Shown here piece by piece: positions 11,809 through 25,190 of a stretch of DNA of 64,000 bases. Location: NCBI GenBank assembly GCA_976551045.1, contig CDPCPM010000354.1:6572001-6636000 (forward strand). The letters are read 5' to 3'. The translations under genes were made by a program, and so were the position numbers. The stretch comes from Glaucostegus cemiculus. Lineage: Eukaryota. The first letter of the stretch is position 1. Each line of letters starts with the position of its first letter. The notes under the pieces were generated by a model. It worked only from the letters and a program-made list of their open reading frames with translations. It was not told where the DNA came from and made no database searches.

Positions 11809-13956
11809 ATTTGCTCAAATATCAAAATACCTATGGATCTCTACTCTGAATATATCCAGCTCTGACCCACAGAACTCCAAAGATCCACCAGGGGCAAAGT
11901 TATCTCTCCTCATCTCCATCTTGAATAGTTTGAGACCGTGAGCCCTGCTTCTGAACACCCTGGCCAGGATTCCAGTTAAGACCCTACAGCAACCCTGTCA
12001 AGACCGATAAGAATTTTATACATTTCAATGCGCTCACTGCAATAGCTGCAGTTGGATATGCATTCCAGAGGCATTACTCAGAATTTCCAAAATGCTGATT
12101 ATTTAAGTTTTTACCTAATTACATTTTTTTTGGAGCTTGTTGGGCCAAACTAAACAACAGGCAGAAAGATGTCATCTGTCTGCAGAGTCCACAAGTGTTA
12201 TTGTGAGCAGCAATCACTGGCTATCGTCTGGGATCTAAGTTTTCTTCCACTTTATCAAAAGTTTAAAAGTGCAGCCAATTGAATTCCTAGAACGTGAGCT
12301 GTGGGCCAGTTATGGTCAAAGGACGAAAGTAGTACACAAAATGAAGCAGGGTCACAGCCTGATGAATGGAACGTCCAGCGAGAATGGAAATGGTGTCGGG
12401 AAAATTGATCATGTTTCTGTAGAAAATGTCCTTTGAATATGACATGCCCATGGGATTCGCTTCCCAGAGCTTTCCCACGTTTTCCCCAGTCTGCTTCCCA
12501 GGTTTGCCCTTTCCTAACACATTGTGAACAGCAGAAGTGTTAGGGTGGCAGTGTGGGAGACTGGGGAATCTTCAGACTCCCAGCTTCAGAAGGTCAACAT
12601 TTCGGAAATCCAAATATAAAGATCCAAGCTGAACCTGTTAACTACGACTCAAACTGCAGGCTACCACAGACACCCAGTTAAATCACCCACCTTTTATATA
12701 TTACTGATTATTTCTGAAGCATCTTCTGTTCATTATAATTTTGAAGAAAATTTAATCACCATTAACTTATTCAGTTCAACAGTTTCTTTATTGTATGCAG
12801 CTGGCTTTACTGAACTGCTGTTAAGAGCTACTTGCATCGTGGCCTGTGCTTTGATATTGTATCTATCACCTTGAATTTCATGCAGAACTGGCAGGTACTT
12901 GAATGGATGGGATTCTGGAAACAGTATGATGACTATCATAAATTAAAAATCAGGCCATAGCTCTTTAAAATAAACAGCAGATTGCTCCAGCACTGTATGT
13001 TGGTGAATAAGGCTCTATATTAGCATAATACCCTGCAAAACACTGATCCCCTAACAGAGAATTGGTTCCACTTTGTTCAAAGAAAATTAGTGCTATCATT
13101 AAAAATCATCCTCAATCTATATTTTCAATGACCACTGTCAGTTATATTTTCAAAAGGTTTGGAGCAAGAAGTGTTGATCTGGCTTGCACACAACTCAAAT
13201 CTTTCAGAAAAAGATTTAAATTTCATTCCACTTAAGGAGTCCTTTTTCCTGTCTGTCGGGTATGTGAGGGTCTGGTGATTGGGTACAACCAAAATGTAAG
13301 ATTCTGCCCCATTTTGCTGACATATTCTTCACTAATCAGGTGCAAATCAAATGGCACAGTTATCTTCAGACCAGGGTTCAGTTTACTGGGTGCACTTAGA
13401 GACCTTGCTGTGGTGTTGATGTTTTCCTGAACTACAAACTGCTACAGGAGATATCAACACATGGAAACTTTTCTAGTATTCCTTTAAGTTATTAACAAAG
13501 TTGTTGTCTCCGAATCTCCTCAAACAACCTAACTGGACAACTATTTGAAAGTTCTTCAGATTTCTGCCAACCTTGCCAACAACAGTTCATTCTCTGAGAG
13601 TTCTATTACTTTCCAGCAGAATATAAAACAGAGCAGAAAAACTGAAATCAGTGTGAGCAACAGAGCACAGAAGCTGTGGCACTTACACCAGAATTTCCAC
13701 TTCATTTGAAGTTACCAGATATATGTCCCTTTTTCCTGCAGGATTCATTGTCCCAGTTAAAATGAAAGACAGTCTATGGATTCACAATGCTCACAACATT
13801 ACACCAGAGTGTGTGGGGTTTGAGTCCACAACCTTCTGTCTCTAAAGGATTAAAAATGTGCACTGGGTCACATGCATTAAACATGTAATGTAGGAGGATG
13901 TGTGAATTGTACACAGGAAATTTGCCTCCTTCATTTTGTTTCTCCACCATTTACTG

Positions 13957-14275
13957 AATGTGGACATTGCTAGTAGGATTAGCACTTGTTGTCCCTATTG
14001 CCCCTGAACCCATGGTAAATTTGGACCATTTCAGGGGGAGGTTCTTTCCACCACATCAGTGGGTTTGGAGTTACATTTAGGCAAGACTCAGATCTGGGTG
14101 GAAGATTTTCTCCTCTGGAGGACAGAGTGGATCAAATGTATTTTTATGTCAGTTTGGTAGTTTCATGGTAACCATGACCACTAAACCTTTTATTCCAGGT
14201 TATTTAATTTCTCATACTCCTGGTGAGTGGTTTAGGCTCCAGATAGTAGTCCATCAAGGTAACCCCTGTGTCACT
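13957..14275 (-). mobile_element. Old tRNA-derived elasmobranch SINE (unnamed)
   Basis: Reverse complement aligns by eye with 19510-19815 (tggactactatctggag...accatgaaactacc...aaaatcttcc...tgtaactccaaaccca...gggcaatagggacaa...aatgtccacatt). Confidence 0.55.
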
Positions 14276-14964
14276 GGAGTCAACAGAACCATATTTCAGA
14301 GTTAAGTGGTTTGTGCAGCTGGTTTAAAATTCCATGCATAACATCATAGGCAACTGAGAGTGAGGGACCCTGTCGTCCAAATCTGAGCCAGATGGGAAAG
14401 CAGTAACAGAAGAGAGAGAAATGTTATATGACCATTTTATAGATCACATCTCAGTGTTCTGCCAATATAACCTATAGAATGAAGCCAAACATTTTCCTTT
14501 TGCAAGAGTTAAATAGTGCAATCAGTGGAGCTATTCAAAAGGACAGGAACTGAGCCAGATGCCGATTGTGAATGAGTCATCGCAGCTCACAACAAATTGG
14601 AATCAACATAAATCAGCACAAAGGCTCACAGAATGGAATGTCTCAATTACGTTATTAAAGAAGTTTTGTTGTTGAATTCGCCACTGTTTTGTGCCTTGAA
14701 AATTAGTAGACTTTCAAATGAGAAGCAGCGCAGTGGATTTGCTCAATGGGTTGATCTGGTGAATGGTCATTGACCTGACGCATTGGGGGTGAAAATGTTG
14801 GCTTTGATTGCTTGTGTTAATGGTGTATCACCTGAACTTTGTATTCTGCTTTCAAGACTCTGACTAATCCTGATGATAAAGCCAAAGTTTGGAAGCATAG
14901 TAAAGCAAGCAGCCATGATTGAGAATAAATTTCTACTCAAAATGAGTCATACCATGCTCAACAT

Positions 14965-15511
14965 TTGGTGAACCGAGAGACCTGGGGATCCAAGTCCATA
15001 GGTTCCTGAAAGTGGCAACACAGATGGCATGCTTGTCTTCAGAGGTCAGAGCATGGAATACAAATGTTGGGACATTATTTTGCAACTTTACAAAACACTC
15101 CTTAGGCCACATATGCAGTTCTGGTGGCCAAACAAGAAGGATTGCCCTGGAGAGAGTGCAGAGGAGGTTCACCAGTATATTGCCTGGATTGGAGGACTTT
15201 AGTTATGGGGAGAGATTGGACAGGCTGGGCTTGTTTTTGATGGAGTGAAGGAGGCTGGAGGGTAACCTGGGTGGAGGCATGTAAGATGATGGGATGCGTA
15301 GATAGGGGAGATTGTCAGAATCTTTTCCTCATGGTTGGGGTATCAGCAACAAGAGGGGTTTGGCTTTAAGATGAGAGGAAGGAGTTTTAAAAGAGATCCA
15401 AGGGAACATTTTTACAGAGAGCATGGTTGATACCCGGACACACTGCCAGAGGAGGTGGTGGAGTCAGGCACAGTCACTGAGGCCTTTAGACAGATACAGT
15501 AGGGAAACACT
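14965..15511 (+). mobile_element. CR1 LINE ORF2 3' fragment, continues at 16426-16540 after a Rex1 insertion
   Basis: ORF 15012-15248 ...IALERVQRRFTSILPGLEDFSYGERLDRLGLF. Confidence 0.88.
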
Positions 15512-16425
15512 ATCAGAATCAGAATCAGGTTTATTATCACTGACATATGCTGTGAAATTTGTTGTTTTGCGGCAGCAGTACAGTGCAAAGACATAAAAAT
15601 TGCTATAGGTTGCAAAAATAACTAAATAGTGGAAAAGAGGGATAACAAGGTAGTGTTCATGGGTTCATGGACCGTTCAGAAATCTGATGGCGGAGGGGAA
15701 GAAGCTGTTCCTGAAACATTGAGTGTGGGTCTTCAGGCCCCTGTACCTCATCCCTGATAGTAGTAACATAAAGAGGGCATGTCCCGGGTGGTGAGGGTCC
15801 TCAAAGATGGATGCTGCCTTCTTGAGGCATCATCTCTTGAAGATGTCCTCGATGGTGGGGAGGGTGGTACCTGTGATGGAGCTGGCTGAGTCTACAACCC
15901 TCTGCAGCCTCTTGCGATCCTGCACATTGGTGCCTCCATACCAGGCGGTGATGAAACCAGTCACAGCGCTTTCCACGGTACACCTGTAGAAATTTGCAAG
16001 AGTCTTTGGTGACATAGCAAATCTCCTCAAATTCCTAAGGAAGTAGAGCAGCTGGCGTGCCTTCTTCGTGATCGCATCAATGTGTTGGGCCCAGGATAGA
16101 TCCTCTGAGATGTTGACACCCAGGAACTTGAAGCTGCTCACCCTTTCCGCCGCTGACCCCTCAGTGAGGACTGGTGTGTGTTCCCCTGACTTCCCCTTCC
16201 TGAAGTCCACAGTCAATTCCTTGGTCTGACGTTGAGTGCGAAGTTGTTGTTGTGACACCACTCACCCAGCCGATCTCTCTCACTCCTGTACACCTCCTCA
16301 TCGCCATCTGAGATTCTGCCAACAACAGTGGTGTCATCGGTGAATTTATAGGTGGTGTTTGAGATGTTCCTAACCACACAGTCATTAGTGTAGAAAGTAG
16401 AGCAGTGGGCTGAGTGTGCATCCTG
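15512..16425 (-). mobile_element. Rex1/Babar LINE, RT C-terminal half plus 3'UTR (frameshifted)
   Basis: STFYTNDC...YKFTDDTTVVGRISDGDEEVYRSE (FADD-like RT motif), TKELTVDFRK...FKFLGVNISEDLSWAQHIDAITKKARQLLYFLRNLRRF...FYRCTVES; (TCTGAT)n tail. Confidence 0.95.
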
Positions 16426-16540
16426 GAAGGATATGGTCCAAATGCAGGAAAATGGGATTAGCATAGAAGGTTAAAAAGGTTGACATGGAAGTGATGGACC
16501 AAACAGCCTATGTCCTTGCTGTACAACTCCATGACCCTGT
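16426..16540 (+). mobile_element. CR1 3'UTR/tail, continuation of 14965-15511
   Basis: ggatatggtccaaatgcaggaaaatgggattagcatag...ggaccaaacagcct...gctgtacaactccatgac. Confidence 0.75.
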
Positions 16541-16766
16541 AACTCTGTAGTGTGACTTGCAAACACACCCTGAGTGAGCCAGATTAACTCTTTTTGTTAC
16601 CCTGCAGGACAAATTGAGCTCCTGGTCTTGCTGCTGAACTTTTCCCACAGGGGGGAGTGTCTGTGGATGGCAACTGGACCTCAGACGGAGGAACTAAACC
16701 CCTTGATGGTCTAATGGCCTAATGGCTGCTTCAAACTGGTCCTCAGTCTCTCCGATCTGTTGGAGC

Positions 16767-16950
16767 ATTTTAAAAACAAATTAAAAATTAAACATACATA
16801 AATGATATATAAATATATATAAATGATACATATATATAATATGTGTGTGAAAGATAATAGTTAATTTTAAAACACATACATAATATTTATATAAATATTA
16901 TTAAAATATGAATAAATTAAAACATTAATATTATTTAAAATGAAAAAAAA
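16767..16950. repeat. AT-rich low-complexity tract
   Basis: Almost entirely A/T with (AT)n-like runs. Confidence 0.85.
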
Positions 16951-18351
16951 GCCACATATGGATACTTAGCTTTCCCAGCCAGGGATGACCACATTCAGGA
17001 AGGATGGTGTGAAGCTCAGGGGCTAGATGTGAAGCAGATCCATCCTCTCATCTCTGGCCGTTTGTGGTCTCTGTGGTGAGTCCAGTAGCAGAGCCCAGGG
17101 GTTGTGGTGAGGTGGGGTGGTCAGTAGGTGGCTTAGCATCTGATCTCCAGCACATTTTTGCCTTGTGCAGTGATCTTTGCCAGTGGAACATTCCCACAAT
17201 CTTCTTGTTCTGTTTCAAAGGGTTTAATGTTGAATTCCCCAGGGGTGAGTGTTCAACTGAAACACCAAAGGAACCCAGTTAGCCTCTTTATGTTAAGCCT
17301 CAAATGTGAAGAGAAGGGAAAGGCCACCAACTCCAGCGCACAACTGACCTCTCCTCCAACAGGTCCACTGACAATTGGCCACCACAACGTAATGGATGTA
17401 GAAACAGGAAGCTGCAGGGGTTTAGGGTGCTCATTTTTGGGTTTAACCTTTAAGGACAGACTTTGCAATAATTTTAAAGAACGTTTACATATTCCTGTAA
17501 GCAGACAATGAAAAGTTTTAAAAATTTTTCCACGTTCTTCATCTTCCAATTCCAACGGATGTGATTTGTAGTCACTAAGACGACCTCACATTTTTGCCAC
17601 CTGCCATCACATTTCCTTTGATGGTGCTCCAGAGAAGTAGGTTTGGGTGAGAGTCGATGACCTGCTTCCATGGAGTCGAGAAGGGTGGAGTTTAGTGTTT
17701 CAGACAAGAAGTATATGTGATCTTCTTCTCACAATGTGTCCATGGTGGGGTAAGGAAAGCATCAGCAGGTTCAGCTGATTAGTCTCAGAAAGCGGATGGG
17801 GATCCCCAATGTCCAAGTAACCTGCATCTGTTCAGTGGAAAGTGACCAATGTGTCAATATGAATCCACCTGTTTGTTCTAATGATTCCTGCTTGGGGGTC
17901 AGTACTAACCACACTGCTTATTGGTTGGATACAACAGGGGCTTGTGGGATAGGCGGCTTCCCATGGTTACCGCCCAGCCCCACTGAAAGCAAGATACACC
18001 TTGCAATGAGATGATTCATGGAGGCAGCTGGGCTGCACAGATCTCCTGCAGATATGGTGTTCTGCTGAGAGCTCTTCCCATTACCCCTGTCCTCCTCCAC
18101 CACACTGCCCCCCACTCTCTCCTCCTTCCACCATGCCCTGCTCTGCAAAGACACTCATTTTCACAGTGCCAAGAGGAAAGTCTTTGTGGCCTCCATATCT
18201 GGTTTGTCAAAATAAGGACATCAGCAACAGCCAAGCAGCTCCCATGGACTATGGGAACTTTCTGACAGCCAGAAAGAATGAAGCAGGGCCTAACCGAAAA
18301 GTAATTGATGATTGCATTAAACAGCACTGCCCAGTGTTGGAGGTTCTCTTG

Positions 18352-18488
18352 CTCTGACAAAAGGTCTCGCATCTGAAACAGTAACTCTGTTTCTTTTTCC
18401 TCAGATGCTGCCTGACCTGCTAAGTGTTTCCAGTATTTCCTGTTTTAATTTCAGATTTCCAGCATCTACAGCTTTTGTTTATTTTCTT
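18352..18488 (+). mobile_element. Old Penelope-terminus-derived short repeat with decayed hammerhead-like motif
   Basis: ctctgacaaaaggtctcgcatctgaaacagtaactctg...cagatgctgcctgacctgctaagtgtttccagtattt...cagatttccagcatcta. Confidence 0.65.
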
Positions 18489-19509
18489 TGGGGGTTTTCC
18501 ATGTTGAGTGAACGCTCAACGGTGAGAGTTACAGTGGCTTTTGCTGGAGTATAAACTCCAAAATGGCAGCATTGACGATAACAACCAATGTATGCATGAT
18601 GAAGATGCAACCCCCTCACCTGGATGACACCTGGTAAACTTTGTGTCAGGTTTGAAAGTGGAACTTGGTCATGATGTTGGAACTTCGGGGAGCCTCAAAC
18701 CATCCAAAATGTCAGCACATTGTCCCCACTTTCACCCCTCGGTCCCCACCTCAGACATTGCCTCACTTGCTTTGCCTTCACGCCTCAGCAGACTGTAACA
18801 AAAACAAATCTGCGGCTACATTGGGACTGATGTTGAACGAAGGCAGCAGTGATGCACAAAATGCTCCATTTGATGCAATACCATTTGTCTTGTTTTTATG
18901 GCTATGGGTTGGTATTGCTGAGATCACTGATTTGTAGCTTTTGAACTTTATTGCAATGATTTAATAAGCATTTGATTCTCCCTTTACACTAACACACACA
19001 AATTTTAGATAAACATTATGTCTCAGTACAAATTACTCACTTTACAATTGCATTCTGTCCTCTTAACAAAGCTATTTCACTGATACAATTTAAAAATATA
19101 TACGTGCATAAAATATTGACATTCTGAGGTAATGCTTTAAATTTGAAAAATCTTTTTAATTTGTAGACTTTGTAAATAGCTTACTGTTGAATATACATTA
19201 AGCAAATTTACATTTTGGTAATGAATGCTTTAGAAGATATGCCTTGACACAATGCAAGACATTTCTTAATTAGCTGCTTGCTGTTCCAGTTGAATCGCTA
19301 TCTACAGTCACTGCCTGTGCATCAAATTCACTGCAGTTACTGGAGTACACAGCACAAAAGCATTGACTTTGCGCCATTCTAACAATGTTTGGCTAACCCC
19401 TTCATGACTGGCATTCTCCAACAACAACACTGTTGTTTCTAGTTAAGCTATCAGCCACTGGTGTTCACACTTGGTATACACACACCAACAAAATGGTGAA
19501 CAAAACACT

Positions 19510-19815
19510 GAGCTCATGATCCAGAGGCCTGGACCAATAAAAATATGGGTTCTTAATAAAATTCAGCTGATTCAATATATATGGACTTAAAGGACAGGAT
19601 TGATAAAATGAAATGATTGGATTACCATTAAAAACCCTTCTGGTTCATTGATGTATCTTTGGAAAAGAAATCTGCTATCCCTGTCTCATCAGGGTCCATA
19701 TGTTGAATGTTAACTCTGCTTTAAAGTGGAATGGTTCACCGTCTCAGGGGGCTTCCAGGGATAGACAATGAACACTGGATGAGCTGGTGATACCCATATC
19801 CTGAGAATAAATAAA
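19510..19815 (+). mobile_element. Old tRNA-derived elasmobranch SINE (same family as 13957-14275)
   Basis: atccagaggcctggacc...aaaaacccttctggttcattgatgt...aagaaatctgctatcc...gggatagacaatgaacactgg...cccatatcctgagaataaataaag. Confidence 0.6.
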
Positions 19816-20514
19816 GAAATGTTTAACAGTCTGTAAAATCTTAACTTACGAAACCTGATCTCAAGCAAAGTAACAATGAGACAAATGACTTGAAATGATG
19901 TTTTTTAATATCCACTCGACACTGCATTTGGGCACAGACCTCTTGCCAGGTTTGCATGTGTTACACTTGCAGGGAATGGAGGGATATGGATCATGTGCAG
20001 GCAAAAGAGCTCTGGTTTAACTTAGCATTGCGTTCGACACAGACATTGTGGCCCAAAGGGTCTGATCCTGAGCTGTACTGTTCTACATTCTATCTATGTT
20101 ACCATTATTGGTCTTACTATAACAAATTGCCTCTGAGGGAAAGGGGTCCTCACTGTGGAATTGGGAGACCTGTTATGATGGTCCAGAGTGACACTGGATC
20201 AGGAGGAACCCACTCAAACCCTCTTGAACCCTCCAGTTCTGGCTGGTCTGCTCCCTAATTCTACCCAACTCCTTAATCTGTCAATATCAACAAATGGCCT
20301 GGCATCAGTCATGGTTTGTGGAAGAAAATTCTGAATATCCACCAGTCCCTGTGTGGGGAGATGTTTCTCAGCTTCACTCCTGAAAGAATCAGCTCTGGTT
20401 TTACATCATTCCCCGGTCAACTGGCAGAAATTAATCCTCCTTATCATCCTTCCTGTTTGCTTTAACATCTCCCTAATGTTTTGCATTTAAAAGGAAAGAA
20501 CAAATTGAATTTCT

Positions 20515-20842
20515 CTGGCATCTTCCTTGACCTCAGAATGCCTAAAAGCACTCTATTTCTGAACTATGATCACTGCTGTAACATAGAAACCAAATTCAAA
20601 ACACAGCAAGCTCTCACAGATGGCAGTGTGACGACGACCATCTGTTTTCAGTGGTGTTGATTGAAGGATAAATATTGACCAAAAATCCAATGATACCTCC
20701 TCTGAACAGTACCATAGACCATGTACGTCCAAGAGGGAAAGTGGGACCTTGGTTAATCACTCTGGCAGCACCACACTGGACCTTTGTACACAAATCTCTG
20801 GAGTGGGACTTGAAACCTCATCCTTCTGATTCAGAGACAAGA
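20515..20842 (-). mobile_element. SacSINE1/DeuSINE-like SINE (internally deleted)
   Basis: Reverse complement: tctgaatcagaaggatgaggtttcaagtcccactccagagatttgt...gtcaatatttatccttcaatcaacaccactgaaaacagat...tgtgagagcttgctgtgt. Confidence 0.75.
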
Positions 20843-21719
20843 CGGGCCCCCACAGCTAGACAAACAAAACCCCTGAAGCACATCAATGTGCTGATAATAG
20901 GATTGAAAACTCCAGTTTGATATCCAGAACACTTTGAGGATTTCTTTGTAACTGCAACTCTCATCCTCCCTTGTGAATCAGTCACGGGCTAGTTTGCTTG
21001 GCTCTGTCTGTCTCAGTATCTTTCTCTCATTCACCTGATAACTTAAACCACCAATAAAGGTACTTTATTAATAACACTGTACAAGGCAACATTTCCTATG
21101 TGCTTTTCTCTATAGATACAGATGGTCTCCGGGAGCTTCTTCATTAAAACAAAGTTGCAACAGAGGGGGAGAGAGAAGCTGCAGTTACTAAGGTGATACT
21201 GACCAGCATTACAAACGTTACACATCTATCAGACTGCACGTCAAGCCTTCTTGTGCCTTCAACTGCTGGCTCCAAACATGCCTCTCCTGTCACCATTCCA
21301 TCTGTCCCCGATTTTTGGTAACAAGTCACACTGAATCTTTGTTTTCTCATGAAAAGCCAACTCAACCCCTGACAAAACTTCACTCCCTGAACATTTGTGA
21401 TGCTTGTACACACGGTGTGTTCACTCCTCAGCTTCTGGCATTGAGCTGTGGAGGTGACAGAATGTGGGTGGAGCTCTGTAAACTGCTGCGTGCTGGAGGT
21501 CCTATTGTTCTGCTGATGAATACAACTGACCTTTGACAATCCACCTGTCACCTGCCATCTCTAGCTCCACCTCTTTACACCGGCTATCTCCCCACTATCT
21601 CTTAGTCCAGATGAAGGGTCTCAAACCAAAACATAGACTGTTCATTTCACTCCACAGATGCCGAGTTTCTCCAGTAGTTTGTTTTATGCTTGAGAATCCA
21701 CCTTCAGTTCCAGATTTTG

Positions 21720-21938
21720 GAGATACTGAGATACAGTGAAAAGCTTTTGTTTGTCATCCAGACAGAGCATTCCATACATAAGTACATCGAGGTGGTCCAA
21801 AAGGAAAACAGAACGTGGAATGTAGTGTTCCAGTTACAGAGAAAGTGCAGTGCAGGTAGGCAAATAAAGTGCAAGTGCTGTGATGCGGAGTTCATTCTTC
21901 AGTGTATGAGAGGGTCATTCAAGAGTCTGGTAACAGTG
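21720..21938 (-). mobile_element. Rex1/Babar-type 3'UTR fragment
   Basis: gatacagtgaaaagcttttgttt...cagttacagagaaagtgcagtgcagg matches 36745-37185 and 43930-44460; it follows a Penelope-terminus piece at about 21535-21715. Confidence 0.7.
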
Positions 21939-22044
21939 TGAATAAATATATAAAAAATTACCAGGGGATAAAAAGCAAATGACACTACGAATTTTGGAAA
22001 TATGAAAAACAAAGACTGGAATTTCTGATGATCGTAAATTGCTG

Positions 22045-22320
22045 AAAACCAAACATTTAGTCCAGAAAGCTCCAACCTGCCAGGTTGGAAGATAAGGTTT
22101 TGTTCTTTGAGTTTGAGTTGGGCTTCATTGGAATGGTGCAAAGAGTGGAGGTGCAGCGAAGGGAATGGGTTGAGAATTAAAGTTACAGCCCCTGCTGGAA
22201 GCTCAGAGTCACCCCTATGGACCGTACAGAGATGCTTTGCACAGCGATCACCCAGTTTGGTTTCTCCAAGGAAGAGGAGACCACATCATAAGCACTGGGT
22301 GCAGTACACTTAATGGAAGG
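22045..22320 (-). mobile_element. Penelope GIY-YIG endonuclease fragment (degenerate)
   Basis: HHSNEAQLKLKEQNLIFQPGRLELSGLNVWFS is homologous to KCKLEEQHLIFHLGTLQPNGMDIEFS at 60490-60816. Confidence 0.75.
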
Positions 22321-23196
22321 AGAAATAACTTGATCACTGTTTCCCGAGACATGTTGCTTGTGCTGATGGATTTCCTGTTAGTGATGCCACCCCACCCAGA
22401 TCCTGATTTGGAACCCTCCCCAGCCCACACCAGGGTCTCCACAGCACTGTGACACTACGCACATTTAAAACCATGCAAATTACAGTGATTTAAATAATAA
22501 TTTACATTACTAGAGTTGGAAATTACAGAAAGTAAAAAGTACTACTGGCAGTCTGCAAGCAGGGGATGAAATAACTGGAACTTAGAAGCTCTGTTCTGAT
22601 GCTTTCCAAGGCATGTTGCAATTAGTGGTCTCTAAGAAGAGTCGCATTACATTTCAAAAAGGCTTATACTTTCACCTGCCACTTGTCACGGTCCAGAAAG
22701 GAATAAGCCATCATACTCTTTCAAAGCAGAGTCTGTGTAATCTTGTTTGCTGACGTGCATGGTAGCTGTGTGCTGACATTCCAGCAGCAGACAATTTTGT
22801 TGCTGTTTGATGCTTAAGCTGCTGAACTGTCAACAGCACCAATCAAAAATAAAAATGAGCTATTGGTGCTGGTCACCAACGCGACAGCTTCATCTGGAGA
22901 CAAGTGATTCTTTCTTTAAAATCTTCCAATTATGTTGCAGGAGTTGATAACACACCATCAATATTAAAATACCTCGAACAACAAAAAATGACTGATTGTC
23001 TAGGAATAGAACAATCCTGCACAGTTATTGAGTTAATTGGAATTCAAGTATCAGCGATTCTCTTTGCTTCAACCAGTAGATGGTGCAGTTGGTAAAGGAT
23101 AAAATGTCTTTTCCAGACTGAGGCCAGACTGCAATTAGAGACCACCAGAGAACTTACAAATGTATTACATATTTTGGATTATATCGACGTGTACCT

Positions 23197-23585
23197 CATA
23201 GAACACAGAACAGTAGAGCTCAGGAACAGGCCCTTCGGCCCATGATGTCTGTACTGACCATGATGCCAACTTAAACTGACCCCATCTGCTTGCACGAGGA
23301 CTGTACCCCTCCACTCCCTGCCTGTTCATGTGCCAGTCCAAGTTATACCTGCCCCTACCACCTCCCCCGGCAGCACATTCCAGGCACCTACCATTCTCTG
23401 TGTACTAAACTTGCTCTGCAAATCTCTTTTAACCCCCCCCCACCTGGGAAAAAGGACTCTGACTGTCTCAACTATCCCGGCTTCTCAAAATCTTATAAAA
23501 TTCTATCAGGTCACCCCTCAGCCTCTGAAGCTCCAGAGAAAGCAATCCCCAGTTTGTCCAACCTCTCCTTATGGATAACACTCTC
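23197..23585 (-). mobile_element. CR1 LINE 3' end
   Basis: Plus strand catagaacacagaacagtagagctcaggaacaggcccttcggccc is the reverse of a CR1 tail, followed by an ORF2-end remnant. Confidence 0.8.
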
Positions 23586-24837
23586 GAAAGTGCATCTTGA
23601 ATTATTCTTGCAGCATATAAGAAGAAAGCTTAAGCAATGCATTATAATGCTCAGCGAAACCGATTGAACTCCAACCCCTTACTTTGATTGCAACAAAGCA
23701 CCTGCTGGAGGAACTCAACAGGTTGAGCAGCATCTGTGGGAGGAAAGGAATTGACCGTGACTGTTTACTTTGTTGATCTGGAGCGTTCTCAGACCTCTCC
23801 TCCGCCATCTTTACTCCTTTACCTTCGCAGTGAGCTTTCCAGTGTTGGCCATCAAACTAATTCCAGGTAAAATGTCATTCTCACTGACACTGGTCCTGGG
23901 GAGGACTTTGTGAAGTTTTGAATTGCAGTGGGTTGCCATAAAGGGAAAGAAGTTGACCACTTAAAGCTGCTCCATTAGTACATAGCTGGTACCTAACCTC
24001 AGCTCCTACCCTCTTCCCTTTCTCAAGTCCCTCTCATTACTGTGGTTCCAATCTCTTAACCTCACCCATCCTTTTTAAAATCCCACCCTGTGCTCTGCAG
24101 AGGAGCTGAACTGGGACATCCTGGTGTAATTACCTCAATAGTTGTAGCAAAAGAAAAAAATACTGCAGATGCAGGAAGTCTGAAATAAAAGCAGAGAATG
24201 CTGGAAATGCCCTGGAGATCAGACAGCATCTGTGGTAGAGAAATAGCTCACCTTTCAGGTTGTTACTTTTCAACAGGATTGGATAAAGTTGGACTCCAGT
24301 CAAGTGTGAAGGCAGAGAGAAGCTGGAGGGGAACATGAAACCTGTGCCACTGTGGAAAGTAAGGGAGATTCAAGGGTGATTAAACAAAGTGAAAACTGGA
24401 GTGGGACGAATAAGAGCATGGACACAGGTGCCAGCAGGATGCTGCCTCACATCAACATCCCTCTGTTACTTCTATCTTCCTTCCCACCTTGTCACAAGAT
24501 TTTGCTATTGGTAGTTCCTTCCCCTCCCTTTTTCCCTGTCCCTGTGTCCTTGACCTTGACTCCAATGTGCTCCTGACAGGTCTTCTCATAACACTCCATA
24601 AACCTGAGGGTTTTGAAATCTCTGCTGCCCGTTCCCTAACCACCAAGTGCCACCCACCCATCATCTCCGTGCTCCATGACTTCTGTTGGCTCTCACTCTT
24701 GTTTGCAAACCCGCTTATGGTCTTACCCTTCCCCGTCTCTGTAATTTCCTCAGTTGATAACACTCCATGTTCTCTGAGCTCCTTTTTTTTGCATTGCTGA
24801 CCATCCATGGATTTAGTTGAGGTTATTGTTGGGTTAT

Positions 24838-25190
24838 GAGTGACACAGCTGGTGGGGCTGCTGCCTCACTGCCCCGGTAACCAAGGCTCATATCTGACCT
24901 GCAGTTCAGTCTGCGTGAAGATTGCACGTTCTCCCTGTGACCGCGTGGGTTTCCATCAGCTGCTCTGGTTACCTCCCACATCCCAAAGATTTGCCGGTTG
25001 GTGGGTTAATTGGCTGCTGTAAATTGTCAGTGTGTAGGTGAGGGGTAGAATCTGGGGGGAGTTGATGAAAATGTGTGGAGAAAAAGATGGGATTAATGTG
25101 GGAGGAATGCAAATGGATGGTTAATGGTCAGCATAAACTTAGTGGGCTAACAGGCCTGTTTCCCTGCTGTGTGACTCCACGACTCTATAG
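24838..25190 (+). mobile_element. HE1-like V-SINE
   Basis: gctgctgcctcac..., V-domain ctccctgtgaccgcgtgggtttcc...cccacatcccaaag, tail ggcctgtttccctgctgtgtgactccacgactctat. Confidence 0.85.

Noticed and set aside
19510-19815. LF-SINE assignment
   Set aside because: It does not match the LF-SINE consensus as I recall it; left unnamed.
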